Assembly: GCA_011109175.1 (NCBI GenBank)
Contig: RDEW01000024.1
Span: 856,656 to 901,809, forward strand
Length of the DNA: 45,154 nt
DNA from: Dicyema japonicum
Lineage: Eukaryota > Animalia > Dicyemida
Direction: 5' to 3'
The notes beneath the pieces are model-generated. The model saw only the letters and a program-made list of their open reading frames with translations, ran no database searches and was not told where the DNA came from. The stretch's first letter is position 1. Every line of letters starts with the position of its first letter. Below are positions 44,735-45,154 of this stretch, piece after piece. The translations under genes and the position numbers were made by a program.

Positions 44735-45154
44735 TAAAATTATTTATTTATAATCAAAATGTCGCATTGCATCATGTGGTGGTTAATAGGTTGATAATTT
44801 ATTTTCCTTCGCTCTGATGGCTTCATTGGATACATCTTACTCAGGAGAGGCAAAATTCCAGGCCAGCATTCAAATGGATCCAACTATTCATTCACAATTT
44901 CGTCCCTGGCGACGAGTTCTGGAATCGCCCTCAGCTCTCCGGACAACGTATTCTGGATCACTGTTCTCGGGTGTGGTTTTCCGTTGGTACGCGTCTGGAT
45001 CAATGAATTAGTTATTTTAGTTTTACCCTTGGTCTTTGGAATATTATTACTTATTAACCCCATGCTTACAATTTTTGGTAAGGACGACACAAACAGTCAC
45101 AACTAATTTATCCAAGGAAGGAGCCCAAGGGAGAAGTGTGCCGACCAAAAATTT

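Overview
This is AT-rich eukaryotic DNA, not prokaryotic. It is littered with decayed transposons: pogo/Tigger, several hAT, R4-like, CRE-like, Jockey/I-like and RTE-like non-LTR elements, and a GIN/Ginger-type integrase. Host genes here use very short GT-AG introns (about 21-27 nt), so the ORF track breaks them into fragments. Such introns suggest a reduced parasite genome, but the taxon cannot be fixed from this window. The centre is a ~22-kb imperfect palindrome (arms 18286-28214 and 31184-40334, spacer ~2.97 kb). It carries two head-to-head copies of a ZER1/ZYG-11-family Cul2 substrate-receptor gene. By hand-splicing, the left copy is intact (14 mini-introns, 689 aa); the right copy is frameshifted, and a third fragment lies at 5.7-6.2 kb. 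The most unusual signal is the tandem array at 12053-12787. Each unit is one 22-26-nt GT-AG intron, often with a palindromic core, plus one 24-33-nt phase-1 micro-exon mostly encoding Ser/Thr/Pro-rich peptide, and the units form a 264-bp higher-order repeat. Also present are a decayed SNRNP40-like gene and a p31comet (MAD2L1BP)-like gene with two in-frame TAG codons. Several short duplications abut single N bases and are probably assembly artefacts. All protein assignments are motif recognition by eye; no database search was run.
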